64,000 nucleotides of DNA from Octopus sinensis (taxonomy: Eukaryota): the NCBI RefSeq assembly GCF_006345805.1, contig NC_043006.1, positions 42,904,001 to 42,968,000 on the forward strand, written 5' to 3'. Below the pieces are notes generated by a model that did not search any database, was not told the origin of the DNA, and was given only the letters and a program-made list of their open reading frames with translations. Within the stretch, counting starts at the first letter, position 1; the number at the start of each line of letters is the position of its first letter. This document shows positions 40,968 to 54,446 of this stretch, piece after piece. Position numbers and translations under genes: made by a program.

Positions 40968-41004
<37 letters not shown>

Positions 41005-41464
41005 AGGCACGTCTCATACTCTGGCAAATATGGTAGTTATGCTTCACCATGCTGAAAGCAAGGAATTATACAAACAAGCACTTCAGTGAAAATATAGAAA
41101 GAGCTCATTTCTGGGAAAAAGAGAGTGATAGAGAGAGAGAGAGGTGGGGTGAATAACGTCAATTTAAGTAACCTTAGTGAGGAGAATGGATTGGTCAAAT
41201 ATACAACGTGTACCATTTTGAGAAGAAAGGATGTGATAAATTGTGCATCTGTGACCAAAAAGGCTTAATTATCCTCGTGCTTCAGTGAGGTAGAAAATCT
41301 CTTATTAGTACAGATCAAAGAGAAGCTATTGACTGCTGATCCAGTGAGCGAAGCATGTATTTGTCAAAATGTTATGTCTCCTTCCTAGCATCTTTCGAAA
41401 TATTCTTCATATACCAGTGCTGATTAGTAGAAGTTAAAGCTAGTAAGGAGAGTTGGTTCTCTCT

Positions 41465-41674
41465 TTACTCTTTACTCTTTTACTTGCTTCAGTCATTTGA
41501 CTGCGGCCATGCTGGAGCACCGCCTTTAATCAAGCAACTCGACCCCGGGACTTATTCTTTTGTAAGCCCAGTACTTATTCTATCGGTCTCTTTTGCCGAA
41601 CCGCTAAGTAACGGGGACATAAACACACCAGCATCGGTTGTCAAGCAATGCTAGGGGGACAAACACACACACGC

Positions 41675-41725
<51 letters not shown>

Positions 41726-41897
41726 CATATATATGACGGGCTTCTTTCAGTTTCCGTCTACCAAATCCACTCACAATGCTTTGGTCGGCCTGAGGCTATA
41801 GTAGAAGACACTTGCCCAAGGTGCCATGCAGTGGGACTGAACCCGGAACCATATGGTTGGTAAACAAGCTACTTACCACACAGCCACTCCTGCACCT
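41465..41897 (-). mobile_element. Full-length family A SINE whose internal TA tract is a duplication breakpoint
   Basis: Tail at 41465, TA tract 41674-41734, head ends 41897; the 5' half is repeated at 43545-43710. Confidence 0.9.
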
Positions 41898-43485
41898 AGT
41901 TCGAGTCTCTTTTTTAACAATACCAGAATTCCAGTATTTATAATGTTGCGAGGAATTTAGATATTGGAGCAGAATGAAAAGTGATAGAGTAGGAAAACTG
42001 ACACAGCGTGGCATCTATGGAAAAAGAAGTAGCAACAAAGCAGAAGAGGTAGAAGAGAAAGGAAAGGACGAGGAACGGAAAACAGGAAAAAAGATGAAGA
42101 AAGCTTTGCAGTGATAAAGAAGCAGAAGAGGAAAAGGTTGTAAGGAGTATTGGAATGAACAGGAAAGTTAAGTTGTATAGATATTTATGTAACTGTTCGG
42201 ATGGAGATAGAAAAAAAAAAGCAGCGAAATTAAGAAGAGGGACAGGTGACTATAAAATATTATGTGAAGGCTGAAGAACGAAAAGAACACAAATTAGAGG
42301 GAGATTAAAGTGAGGAGGATATATATATACACACATGTATGTATGTATGTATGTGTGTATGTATGTGTGTATCTATGTATGTGTGTGTATGTATGCATGT
42401 ATGTATGTATGTATGTATGTGTATGTATGTATATATGCATGTGTATGTATGTGTGTGTATGTATGTATGTATGTATGTGTGCATGAATGTATGTATGTAT
42501 GTGTGTATGTACGTATGTGTATGTATGTGTGTATGTACGTATGTGTATGTATGTGTGTATGTATGTATGTGTGTGTATGTATATGTATATGTATGTATGT
42601 ATGTATGTATGTGTGTATGTATATATGTATGTGTGTATGTATGTATGTGTGTGTATGTATGTATGCATATATGTATGTATGTATGTGTATGTATGTGTGC
42701 GTGTGTGTATGTATATATGTATGTATGTTTGTGTGTGAATGTATGTATGTGTGTGTATGTATGTATGTATTTATGTATGTATATATGTATGTATGTATAT
42801 ATGTGTGTGTGTATGTATGTATGTATGTTGTATGTATGTATGTATTATGTATGTATGTATGTATGTATGTATGTATGTGTATGTATGTATGTATGTATCT
42901 ATGTATGTACAAGTAGAACAACTGATTGTTGCTTAAATAAAATAAAGCATAAAAGGTCTACAAGATTCACAGACAAATACAAATTGGAGTTCTTTCCCCA
43001 ATTATGAAGTAAAAGAGAAGTCAATTTAACAATGGCTTCCAACCCTCCTGCGAAATATCTTTCAACAGCTCTTAGCTAATAGAGAGACTTTGACACACAA
43101 TACAGGGTAAAAAAAAAACTGTACATTCATAAAATATTTACTGAACTGCAAGAGACTTCTCCAAAATTTAGAAGAATTTTCTCACATAAAATTCCAATAT
43201 ATTCAACCTGTAGGTTGTATAAAATTGGTAAGTTAATAAATTTACCTTGTGATGACATTTTAAAATAATTTTATTTTCATTCTTAGAATTAGGCAAATTT
43301 TGAGGAGACGTCAATATGAAAAATGGTTCATTGGTACATAAGCAGTTTCCCCCATATTATTTAGAATACGACAGAGTGATAAATTCGACCTGTGACTGCA
43401 GTATCTTAAAATGTGTAACCTCTTGTTCATTTACTCTCCAGATGCATGAAGTTTTTCCTGTAACTTTCAGCACCACCACTCACGG

Positions 43486-43539
<54 letters not shown>

Positions 43540-45307
43540 CATATATATGACGGGCTTCTTTCAGTTTCCGTCTACCAAATCCACTCACAATGCTTTGGTC
43601 GGCCTGAGGCTATAGTAGAAGACACTTGCCCAAGGTGCCATGCAGTGGGACTGAACCCGGAACCATATGGTTGGTAAACAAGCTACTTACCACACAGCCA
43701 CTCCTGCACCTAGTTCGAGTCTCTTTTTTAACAATACCAGAATTCCAGTATTTATAATGTTGCGAGGAATTTAGATATTGGAGCAGAATGAAAAGTGATA
43801 GAGTAGGAAAACTGACACAGCGTGGCATCTATGGAAAAAGAAGTAGCAACAAAGCAGAAGAGGTAGAAGAGAAAGGAAAGGACGAGGAACGGAAAACAGG
43901 AAAAAAGATGAAGAAAGCTTTGCAGTGATAAAGAAGCAGAAGAGGAAAAGGTTGTAAGGAGTATTGGAATGAACAGGAAAGTTAAGTTGTATAGATATTT
44001 ATGTAACTGTTCGGATGGAGATAGAAAAAATAAAAGGAGGGAAATTAAGAAGAGGGACAGGTGACTATAAAATATTATGTGAAGGCTGAAGAACGAAAAG
44101 AACACAAATTAGAGGGAGATTAAAGTGAGGAGGATATATATATACACACATGTATGTATGTATGTATGTATGTGTGTATGTATGTGTGTATCTATGTATG
44201 TGTGTGTATGTATGCATGTATGTATATATGTATGTATGTGTATGTATGTATGTGTATGTATGTGTGTGTATGTATGTATGTATGTATGTATGTGTGTATG
44301 TGTGCATGAATGTATGTATGTATGTGTGTATGTACGTATGTGTATGTATGTGTGTATGTACGTATGTGTATGTATGTGTGTATGTATGTATGTGTATGTA
44401 TGTATATGTATATGTATGTATGTATGTATGTATGTGTGTATGTATATATGTATGTGTGTATGTATGTATGTGTGTATGTATGTATGCATATATGTATGTA
44501 TGTATGTTATGTATGTGTGCGTGTGTGTATGTATATATGTATGTATGTTTGTGTGTGAATGTATGTATGTGTGTGTATGTATGTATGTATTTATGTATGT
44601 ATATATGTATGTATGTATATATGTGTGTGTGTATGTATGTATGTATGTATGTATGTATGTATGTATGTATGTATGTATGTATGTATGTATGTATGTATGT
44701 ATGTATGTATGTATGTATCTATGTATGTACAAGTAGAACAACTGATTGTTGCTTAAATAAAATAAAGCATAAAAGGTCTACAAGATTCAACAGACAAATA
44801 CAAATTGGAGTTCTTTCCCCAATTATGAAGTAAAAGAGAAGTCAATTTAACAATGGCTTCCAACCCTCCTGCGAAATATCTTTCAACAGCTCTTAGCTAA
44901 TAGAGAGACTTTGACACACAATACAGGGTAAAAAAAAAACTGTACATTCATAAAATATTTACTGAACTGCAAGAGACTTCTCCAAAATTTAGAAGAATTT
45001 TCTCACATAAAATTCCAATATATTCAACCTGTAGGTTGTATAAAATTGGTAAGTTAATAAATTTACCTTGTGATGACATTTTAAAATAATTTTATTTTCA
45101 TTCTTAGAATTAGGCAAATTTTGAGGAGACGTCAATATGAAAAATGGTTCATTGGTACATAAGCAGTTTCCCCCATATTATTTAGAATACGACAGAGTGA
45201 TAAATTCGACCTGTGACTGCAGTATCTTAAAATGTGTAACCTCTTGTTCATTTACTCTCCAGATGCATGAAGGTTTTTCCTGTAACTTTCAGCACCACCA
45301 CTCACGG

Positions 45308-45352
<45 letters not shown>
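41730..45352. repeat. Tandem duplication, about 1.81 kb unit
   Basis: gacgggcttctttcagtttccgtctacc at 41736 and 43550; accaccactcacggctgtg(TA)n at about 43472 and 45294. Confidence 0.92.
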
Positions 45353-45354
<2 letters not shown>

Positions 45355-45356
<2 letters not shown>

Positions 45357-45650
45357 CTGGCATTCTGTTAGTTACAACGACAAGAGCTTCATTCGATCCA
45401 ATCAGCAGAACAGCTTTCTCGTCAAATTAAAGTGCAAATGACCGAGCACTCCGCAGGCACTTGTATCATTAACATGGTTCTCAGGGAGATTCAGTGTGAG
45501 ACAGAATGTGACAAGGTTGGCCCTTTGCATTACAGGTACAACTCAGTTTTGCCAGCTGAATGAACTGGAGCCATGTGAAATAGAGTGTCTTGCACCACAG
45601 GGAATCGAGCTCAGTCTTGCGATCGTGAGCCGAATACTTCTAACCACTAA
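45355..45650 (-). mobile_element. Further tRNA-headed SINE-like repeat (family E)
   Basis: Reverse complement begins gcttagtggttagaagtattcggctcacgatcgcaag, a tRNA-like head. Confidence 0.55.
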
Positions 45651-45667
45651 GCAAAGAAATTTTTTTT

Positions 45668-46452
45668 CTACTCTAGGCACAAAGCACGAAATTTTGGGGG
45701 ATAGGGTCAGTCAATTAGATCGACCCCAGTACGAAACTGGCACTTAATTTATCGACCCCGAAAGGATGAAAGGCAAAGTCGACCTCAGCGGAACTTGAAT
45801 TGAGAACGTAAAGACAAACGAAATACCTATTTCTTTACTACCCATAAAGGGCTAAACACAGAGAGGACAGTCAAACGGATTAAGTCGATTATATCGACCC
45901 CAGTGTGTAACTGGTACTTAATTTATTGACCCCAAAAGGATGAAAGGCAAAGTCGACCTCGGCGGAATTTGAACTCACAACGTAGCGGCAGATGAAATAC
46001 CTATTTCTTTACTACCCACAAGGGGCTAAACACAGAGGGGACAAACAAGGACAGACAAATGGATTAAGTCGATTATATTGACCCCAATGTGTAACTGGTA
46101 CTTAATTTATCAACCCCAAAAGGATGAAAGGCAAAGTCGACCTCGGTGGAATTTGAACTCAGAACATAACGGCAGACGAAATACGGCTATGCATTTCATC
46201 TGGCGTGCTAATGTTTCTTATTTCTTTACTGCCCACAAGGGGCTACACACAGAGGGGACAAACAAGGACAGACAAACGGATTAAGTCGATTATATTAACC
46301 CCAGTGCGTAACTGGTACTTATTTAATCAACCCCCAAAATATGAAAGGTGAGGTTGACCTCAGCAGAACTTGAACTCAGAACGTAACGGCAGATGAAATA
46401 CCGCTAAGTATTTCACCCGGCGTGCAAATGTTTCTGCCAGCTCACCACCTTA
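45668..46452 (-). repeat. Head-to-tail concatemer of four family B SINE units
   Basis: aaagtcgacctc / aggttgacctc at about 45775, 45951, 46134, 46351; only the rightmost unit keeps the full head. Confidence 0.85.
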
Positions 46453-49400
46453 AGTCTCTTAATCTATAATAAGGAAGCAATGTTGCATCTATGGAAAACT
46501 ATATTCAAATTCACTGGACAGTTCTTAATATTGGCACTAATTATTATTCTTAAGCTAAAACTCTTTGAAGATTTTGTTAAAGTCTTTCATTAACCTATGA
46601 AGCTGATGGCCACTCGTATAGTGAGAAATTAATAGAGCCTAATCAGTACAGTGATCGAAGTATGAGACGAGAGATTTTCTCTGAAGCAAATTGCTGACAT
46701 ATTGTTTCATTTACACCAGTTTCAAAATCACTAAAAAAAATTCTTTCGAAATAGATTTTTAAGCTGTATGCATTCCATAGCATACCAATTACATCTTATG
46801 AAAAGATTTTACGAAAATGTACGGAGATTCAGCACATCAAAGCCTTAAATGGAAATCAATATCTTGCAGGCATGAACTCAAGACGCTCCGCAAAATCTTT
46901 GTTATAGGGAAAAAATCCGCGCTTCAACGAGCCAGAATTAAGTATAAATTTGCTTCTAATAAACTAGATGCATAACAAAGGATGAAGAAAAACAGTATCT
47001 CTGTAAAAAGAGACTTTCTCAAGAAAATATTGAACCATATTGGTCCTTGATCTGTAATGGAAAAGATTTCAACCTGAGTGCACCATGGCTAAGTGAAGAA
47101 GGAATACTGTACCAACGTTAGCAAAAAAAAGCATACAATCAACTTTGAAACTTTCACCAAAGGTGTGGGAAAGCTGCATAATAGGGGAGTAAGTACTAGG
47201 AATGGACTTAGTAGTTGGATCATAGTATAAGATTTTGATGTTCGACAGCATGTCCCTGTTGGGTATATTAAAATGAACTATATATATATATTGGGTATAT
47301 TAAAAAGAGCGGCGAGCTGGCAGAATTGTTAGCACACCAGGCGAAATACTTAGCTGTACTTCGTCTGCCGTTACGTTCTGAGATCAAATTCCGCTGAGGT
47401 CGACTTTGCCTTTCATCCTTTTGGGGTCGATTAAATAAGTACCAGTTACGCACTGGGGTCGATATAATCGACTTAATCCCTTTGTTTGTCCCTCTATGTG
47501 TAGCCCCCTGCGGGTAATGAAGAAATATATATTTAAAAAACTATGGAAGGCTAAATGGATATATTAAACTGGTTTGTCATAGAACAGACAAATCTTGAAG
47601 CCAAGAAAGAAAACATTGAACAGGCAGAAAACGATAGAATCGTTGTTTGCCTCCTCTTTTCCTTGTTTCAGTCATTTTGTCGAGCAAATTGACACTAGAA
47701 CTTATTCTTTGTAAGCCTAGTACTTATTTTATCGGTTCTTTTGCTGAACAACTAAGTTTCGGGAACGTAAACACACCAACATCAGTTGTCAAGCTATGAT
47801 CATAGGGACAAATACACACACGCATATACATATATACGACGGGCTTCTTTCAGTTTCCATCTAACAAATCCACTCACAAGGCTTTGGTCAGCCTGAGGCT
47901 ATAGTAGAAGACACCCGCCCAAGGTGCCACGCAGTGGGACTGAACCCTGATCCGTGTGCTTGTGAAGCAAGCTTCTTAATTCTTTATTGCCCACAAGGGG
48001 CTAAACATAGAGTGGACAAACAAGGACAGACAAACAGATTAAGTCGATTACATCGACTCCAGTGCGTAACTGGTACTTAATTTATTGACCTCGAAAGGAT
48101 GAAAGGCAAAGTCGACCTTGGCGGAATTTGAACTCAGAACGTAATGGCAGATGAAATACCGCTAAGCACGTCGCCTGGCATGCCAATGTTTCTGCCAGCT
48201 CGCTGGCTTGCTACAAAGCCACTCTTGCAGTTTCTGCAGCTTCTTGCCACATAGCCGCTCCTGCGCTAATTGCACTATTGTGCATTATTCATAAATTTAA
48301 TGTAAGGTGTCTCAACAAATCCCTCCAAGATAGTGTCTGATAAGCAGGCTGGTGGAAAGAAATGAGTGTGCCGAACACTGCCAGAAGTGAGAAAGCGCTA
48401 AAGAAACCTTGTAACAAATAAACCAGCTTAACTACAAAGAGATATTCGATTCTATTTTATTTCTCACTCATGATTGCTGCAGGTTTTGTATTACAGGGAA
48501 AAGTCTACTGCCCAAGTTGTTACCATTGAAAGGATCACAATGATTGAGTCGAAAATCCTCATACTTGTTATTGAAAGCAAAGGAATTGTTTCCAATGTTA
48601 TTAATATAGCAAGGCAATATTCAAAGGATACAAGACGGTGAGATGGCAGAATCGTTATGAGTTCAAATGCTACCGGAGTCGACTTTGCCTTTCATCCTGT
48701 CGGGGTCGATAAAATAAGTACCCATTGAGTTTTGAGGTTGATGTAGTCGACTTACCCATGATAGAAATTTCTGGCCTTGTGCCAAAATTTGAAACCAATA
48801 TTCGAAGGATACTATATATGCTTTTGTTTATTTGGCACCAAATCCTCCAGTTTATTGTGGCACTAGATGCACTGTCATTTCTTTTACAAATATTCGAAGT
48901 TGTATGTTAGGATCTACAATAGCGAGAAACACCAATATACCTCATAATTTATTTGTGGGTGTTCTAAAGAACTTTTCTAGAAATTCAATGTTGAGGAACA
49001 GCTGGATTTCACAACAGCATTTTCAGTTGGTTTAAGGATGGAATTTGCCTAAAGCAGTGTTCATTTTTGTTATTTGGATGCAAGAAATCTGTTTCCCAAA
49101 CCAAAAAAATCTTTACATCAATGTTGCCTCTTTCTCCCTTTTTCTACACAAAGAGTGCTACAGATACCTAAGTAGTGGTAAAAAACATATATCAAAGAAT
49201 GTGGCGAACAAAGACACAATGACCAAAGAATATTATATTAGACTCTAAAAATATATGGCAGACGGAGCTTTCTGGAAATGTATCTGCGGTAGCAGTACTT
49301 ATACAAACATTTGGATATTTGACTGATGTATAGAGAAAATCCGTGCCGTAGATATTAAAACCTGTAAAATTCTACAGAGGTTTGCTTCAGAAGGAAAGAT

Positions 49401-52400
49401 TATGGAAGAACTTTAAGACTCTAATTCAGATAGCTTTTAAGCGACATGTAATATCACACAGAATGAGACATAACTAGGAGATACGAGCGGGTAGTCCGCC
49501 CCGGATGATGCTTTTGTGGGGGATGTCCATTTTATAACCCAGTGTGAGTTTGGAAACCAAGATGGTGTACCGCGCAAACTCAAGGGCTTCCTCTGACAGC
49601 AAATACTCTAGCTAAGCCACTGCACTTAAATAACACCTGTTTAATGGCAGCGTAAACAAATGCATGAGCCAAGTCCTCCGAAGTGAAGAGAAAACATCCT
49701 TCTAGCTCAGTTTTGAACCCCCTGAAGAAAATCTAATTTCCTGAATTCCTTTGACCCCAGAACTATTGGACTACCGCATGTTAGTAAAGACTCGAAAGAA
49801 AAACATCCCGCTTAATATCCTTTTCTACTCTAGGCACAAGGCCCGAAATTTTGGGGAGGGGATTAAGCTAACGTTTCTTCCAGCTCGCCGCCTTCATCCT
49901 GCGTAATATTAAAAAGGGTTATGAATGGATATGTTTTTAAAGATAATACTGACATTAACAGGAATTAACTGAATTCGCAAGTATCACGTCCCCTTCAATA
50001 CATTTTGTAGCTTAAGCTTTTGCAATCGAAAGGTAGACAAGAACAATGGAATACCCAATAAATAAAAGAGATAGCGAAATCAGGTGGCTGAATATGTCAA
50101 TTATATCACATTTCAGTGGAAAATATAGCATATGTGATCAGACGCTGGCCCCCAAAATGTCATTCAGGTGCCACCTTCTAATGAGAGCTAATTTGTTATT
50201 GAAACAACATTGAATGCCATTCATAGGAAAGAATGCCCTGATGATAAAAAAAAGATAAACATACTTTTGTTGTCAAATACATGCATACGAAGACAAGAAT
50301 TATTGACAGAACATTTCTGTCAAAAACTTCCGCCATGTACAAACATGACAGGTCCGACAGAATTGCTTGAAACAGAAAAAAAAAATCCAATACAGTCATA
50401 AAGGTCAGCTATTCTCTAGATGTAACATAACTGAGGCTTGACAGTCCTGGAAAATAAAAATAAATTAATATTGTTCTACAGTTTATGATTTGAGTTCTTT
50501 AATGTATGACTGGTCCTATTAATTTTGGCATTAAGATAATCAATTCTATATGCATGAACATACTACACACATAAATGTGTGTGTGTGTGTGTAAAAGCCC
50601 TGAAGCTTGTCTGTCTTGAAGCAACATCACCATTTCTCACAGATATTTATCAAATGTCCCTGGCAGATTCAGATACTATCCAGAATACTGCTGAAAGAAG
50701 GGAAAAAAAATCCCGGATTTGAAGTCCCCTTGCGGCTATAACAGGGATTAGGCGAGAAAGGAGATGTAGAGAAAGTGACAGTTGTAATGAAGTAATAGCC
50801 AGATAGAAATGTCGGAGTGAAGCACGGAAATGTCTGTCACATCAAATACTGTTTTCCTTTCTCATTCACACGTTTTTAATCTCGCATACACAGACAAGCA
50901 TGCACTCACATACATACACAAACTCAGAGAAAGATAGTATTTATCGTTATTAAAATTCAAAATTTACAAGCCAAATGTTCGAAAATGTGTGCTTTCAAAT
51001 ACGATGGAAAATAGAAAATAATTTATTCTTTCATTGTTTAGCATTTAAATTTATTTGTATTTTTTAAATATTCAGGTTTTATACTTTAAAACTCGGACTG
51101 TTAAATTTTTATGATGTTTGAATTTATTTCAAGTATTTAAGAAGTATAAACGAACTTAGACGTGAAACAATGGAAGAGCAAATGATTATTCTGTTTTTCG
51201 TACATCAAACCGCGTATCACCTCTTCGTAAGATAAATATTTTTATCAGAGAAATGCTATTAACGACAGAGTTCTAATATATACTATCTATATATTCTGTA
51301 CGAAATATAATTGCTTTCCCGGTATTGTTACAAATACTGGTAGTAAACATGATTTGACATTTAATATATACAGATGTTCTTAAGGTGGCGTTTTGGCCGA
51401 ATCGATAGCATTTCTTTCGGCTCTTTGCATTCTCGGTTCAAATCCCGCCGTGGTCAACTTTGCCTTTCGTTCCTTCGGAGTCGACAAAATAAAATGTCAG
51501 TCTATACTTGGGTTGATATAATCGACTTTTCCTCTCACCTCAAAATTGATGACCTACTCATAAACACGAAACTACGAACTGGAAAACCATAGATCATACT
51601 TAAAATAACAGATATAATATACATTTTTTTTAAAAAGCAATCAATGTAAACATGAAACTGTTAAATAATACGACATTTTCTCGTCGGTTCACAATGCATT
51701 TAAAACAAGGAACTTTCGCAACTTATTATAATACAATACACGAACTAAATTAGAAAGAAAAGCATTAATTGACAACACAACAATGTTATACAGACTTTCA
51801 CAATAAATGGGAATATAAATGGAAGCTTTACTAATAACAACAGACAAACTAAAATTCAACACACAAAGGTATCGTATGCATAATCAGGACATAACTGTTG
51901 CATAAGTTTGAAATTCAGCATTAACAATTTTATCAATTATAACAATATTCCCATTACCCTTTGCGACCTAATGTAAAGCGCTCGAACAACGTTCCATTAT
52001 TGCCATAATTTCATTGTGATAGTCTTGAAACGTTAATGGACTAATTGATTTAGAGAAGCTTTTGTTTCCAAATTAAACATAAAGGATTAATGAAGAAATG
52101 TGATAAAATTTCTAATAAAAAAAAATCAAATCCTAACGCAGTCGTGTCAACACACACATCTGTGTGTGTGGTGGGAAGAAGGGTGAGTGTGTGTGTGTGT
52201 GTGACTGTGTGTGGGTGTGGAGGGGTGAGTGTGTGTAACTGTGTGTGTGGATGTGCCTACGTGTGTGAGTGTGAGTTTGTGCGTGTGTGAGAGAGTGTGC
52301 GAGTGTGAGTGTGTGTATGCGAGTGCTTGTGTGTGTGAGAGAGTGTGTGTGCCTGAGTGTGAGTACGTGTGTGTGAGAGAGAGTGCATGAGTGTGTAAGT

Positions 52401-52451
52401 ATGTGTGTGAGTGGAGGTGGGGGTGGAGGCGTTATATATATACATAGAAAC

Positions 52452-52980
52452 CGGTATGGCTTATGGTTGAGAAGTTCACTTCACAACCACGTGCTTTTGG
52501 GTTCAGTTACTGTGCGGCACTTTGGGCAAGTGCCTTTCTACTATAGCCCCAAACAGACCAATTCCTTGCGAGTAAATTTGGTACATGGAAATCATGGAGA
52601 AGTTCGTTGTAGTTGTATGCATACACACACACACACATTCTTTTATGTTTGTTTCTAGCTGCGTGATGATACCACAGGTTAATGGTTCGGCAAAAATGAA
52701 CGACAGAATTTGCATCAGATTTAATATAAAATCACTGGTCAATTTGATTGACTTCACCTTCAAGATGAGGTACATTTTCCTCCATTTTCGTTTATAACAA
52801 AAATTGTACAAATAAACTATCCACACAGTAAGCATATAGAATTAGATCGTAAATATAGTAAAAACTGGGACGATACAGAGAAGATTAGTATGGCTCCTGC
52901 ACAAGGATGACACGCACATTCGTGAAACGTTCCCTATTTTACCAAGGCGGTAAATGATTGAAACAAGCAAAAGATAAAGA
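52452..52980 (+). mobile_element. Old family A-like SINE interrupted by a 178-bp U6-bearing insert
   Basis: SINE stops at cttcaag (52764) and resumes caaggcggt...aaatgattgaaacaagcaaaag (52943-52975). Confidence 0.65.
52850..52940 (+). pseudogene. U6: U6 snRNA-derived copy lacking a recognisable 5' stem-loop
   Basis: atatagtaaaaactgggacg atACAGAGAagattagtatggctcctgcacaaggatgacacgcacattcgtgaaacgttccctatttt. Confidence 0.88.
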
Positions 52981-53219
52981 CGTGTTGAAATGCCACCTTC
53001 CAACACTTCTTTCTGTACGATACGTATGTCATATGCTTCTGTCACTTGAGTTACGAAAACACGTGTTGAAACGCCACCAACCGGAAAAAAAAAACCGTGT
53101 GAACTTTTGTTTCGAATCAATATCATTGGACTGATTTGTTAAGATTGTTCATGAAAATTAAGGATTAAGATAAATAGGAAAAAAAAATGAATTTATTTGA
53201 GAACCCAATATATATGTTG

Positions 53220-53273
<54 letters not shown>

Positions 53274-53308
53274 GTGTGTGTGTGTGTGCGTGTGTGTGTG
53301 TACATATA

Positions 53309-53373
<65 letters not shown>

Positions 53374-53639
53374 ATATGCACATACATATGTATATGTGTG
53401 TGTGTTTGTGTGTATATATGTGTGTATGTGTGTGTATTTGAATGTGTATATATACATACATACACATACATATATACGTATATCGATGTGTATATATATA
53501 TACATATACATACATCTGCATATACCTACGTAGTACATACATACATACGCCTACACTCACTCACACACTAACACATGAGTGTGTAGAAAGAAAGAACGAA
53601 AGAAAGAAAGAAAGAAAGAAAGGAGGGAAGAAAGAAAGC

Positions 53640-53692
<53 letters not shown>

Positions 53693-54145
53693 GCACGTGC
53701 GCACACGCACGCACACATACACATATTTATCAATACATGTGTGTATATATGTATGTATGTATGTGTGTGTGTGTATGCATATCATTTGATTATACATTTT
53801 GTCAGTTCATCAATTGTTCTTATGTTCTTAAATTCTTATGTTCTTGTATTCTGTAATAAAAGTGCTTGGCAAGGCTTTGAATTTATTCATGTTCTTCCAA
53901 AAAAAAAAAAACGGCTTTTCTTTTGATTTAGATTTCTGGGAAAGATATGAATCTTAATTCAAACTGATTGAGAATGAAGCAACCAGGTTGGTTCGACAAT
54001 GTTATTCATACGAAATGCAAACAGTACAAAAAGCGTAAAACAGAAGACAACGATTCCACAAAGAAACAGCAGAGAATTACGAAAGTACACAGACACCTCA
54101 AAAGTAAATAGACACGTCAAAAGTAAATAGACACCTCTCATTTTC

Positions 54146-54446
54146 CCCTTTGAATGGCAGATCTAGAAATTAATTTTTTGTAACTAAGCACTTTCAAACT
54201 TCGGACACTGGTAGAATGTGTCATATAAAACATCTTTTACTCTTAGTATTGTTGAGAAAAGTTTATATTTTCAAAGTTATTTCGTGTAAAAGTAGTCGTA
54301 TTTCGCTAATTTCAACCAATCAATGATGTGTATTCAGCTGAATAAAATTCAGTAAAAGATGTTTTATATGACACATTCTACCAGTGTCCGATGTTTGAAA
54401 GTGCTTAGTTACAAAAAATTAATTTTTCGATCTGCCGTTAAAAGGG
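54146..54446. mobile_element. MITE with about 95-bp TIRs, piggyBac-like CCC...GGG ends
   Basis: ccctttgaatggcagatc...aaaacatcttttact (54146-54241) pairs with agtaaaagatgtttt...gatctgccgttaaaaggg (54351-54446); TTAA TSD degraded. Confidence 0.8.

Noticed and set aside
45668-46452. CRISPR-like regular repeats
   Set aside because: Eukaryotic SINE concatemer; the intervening sequence is repeated, not unique spacers.
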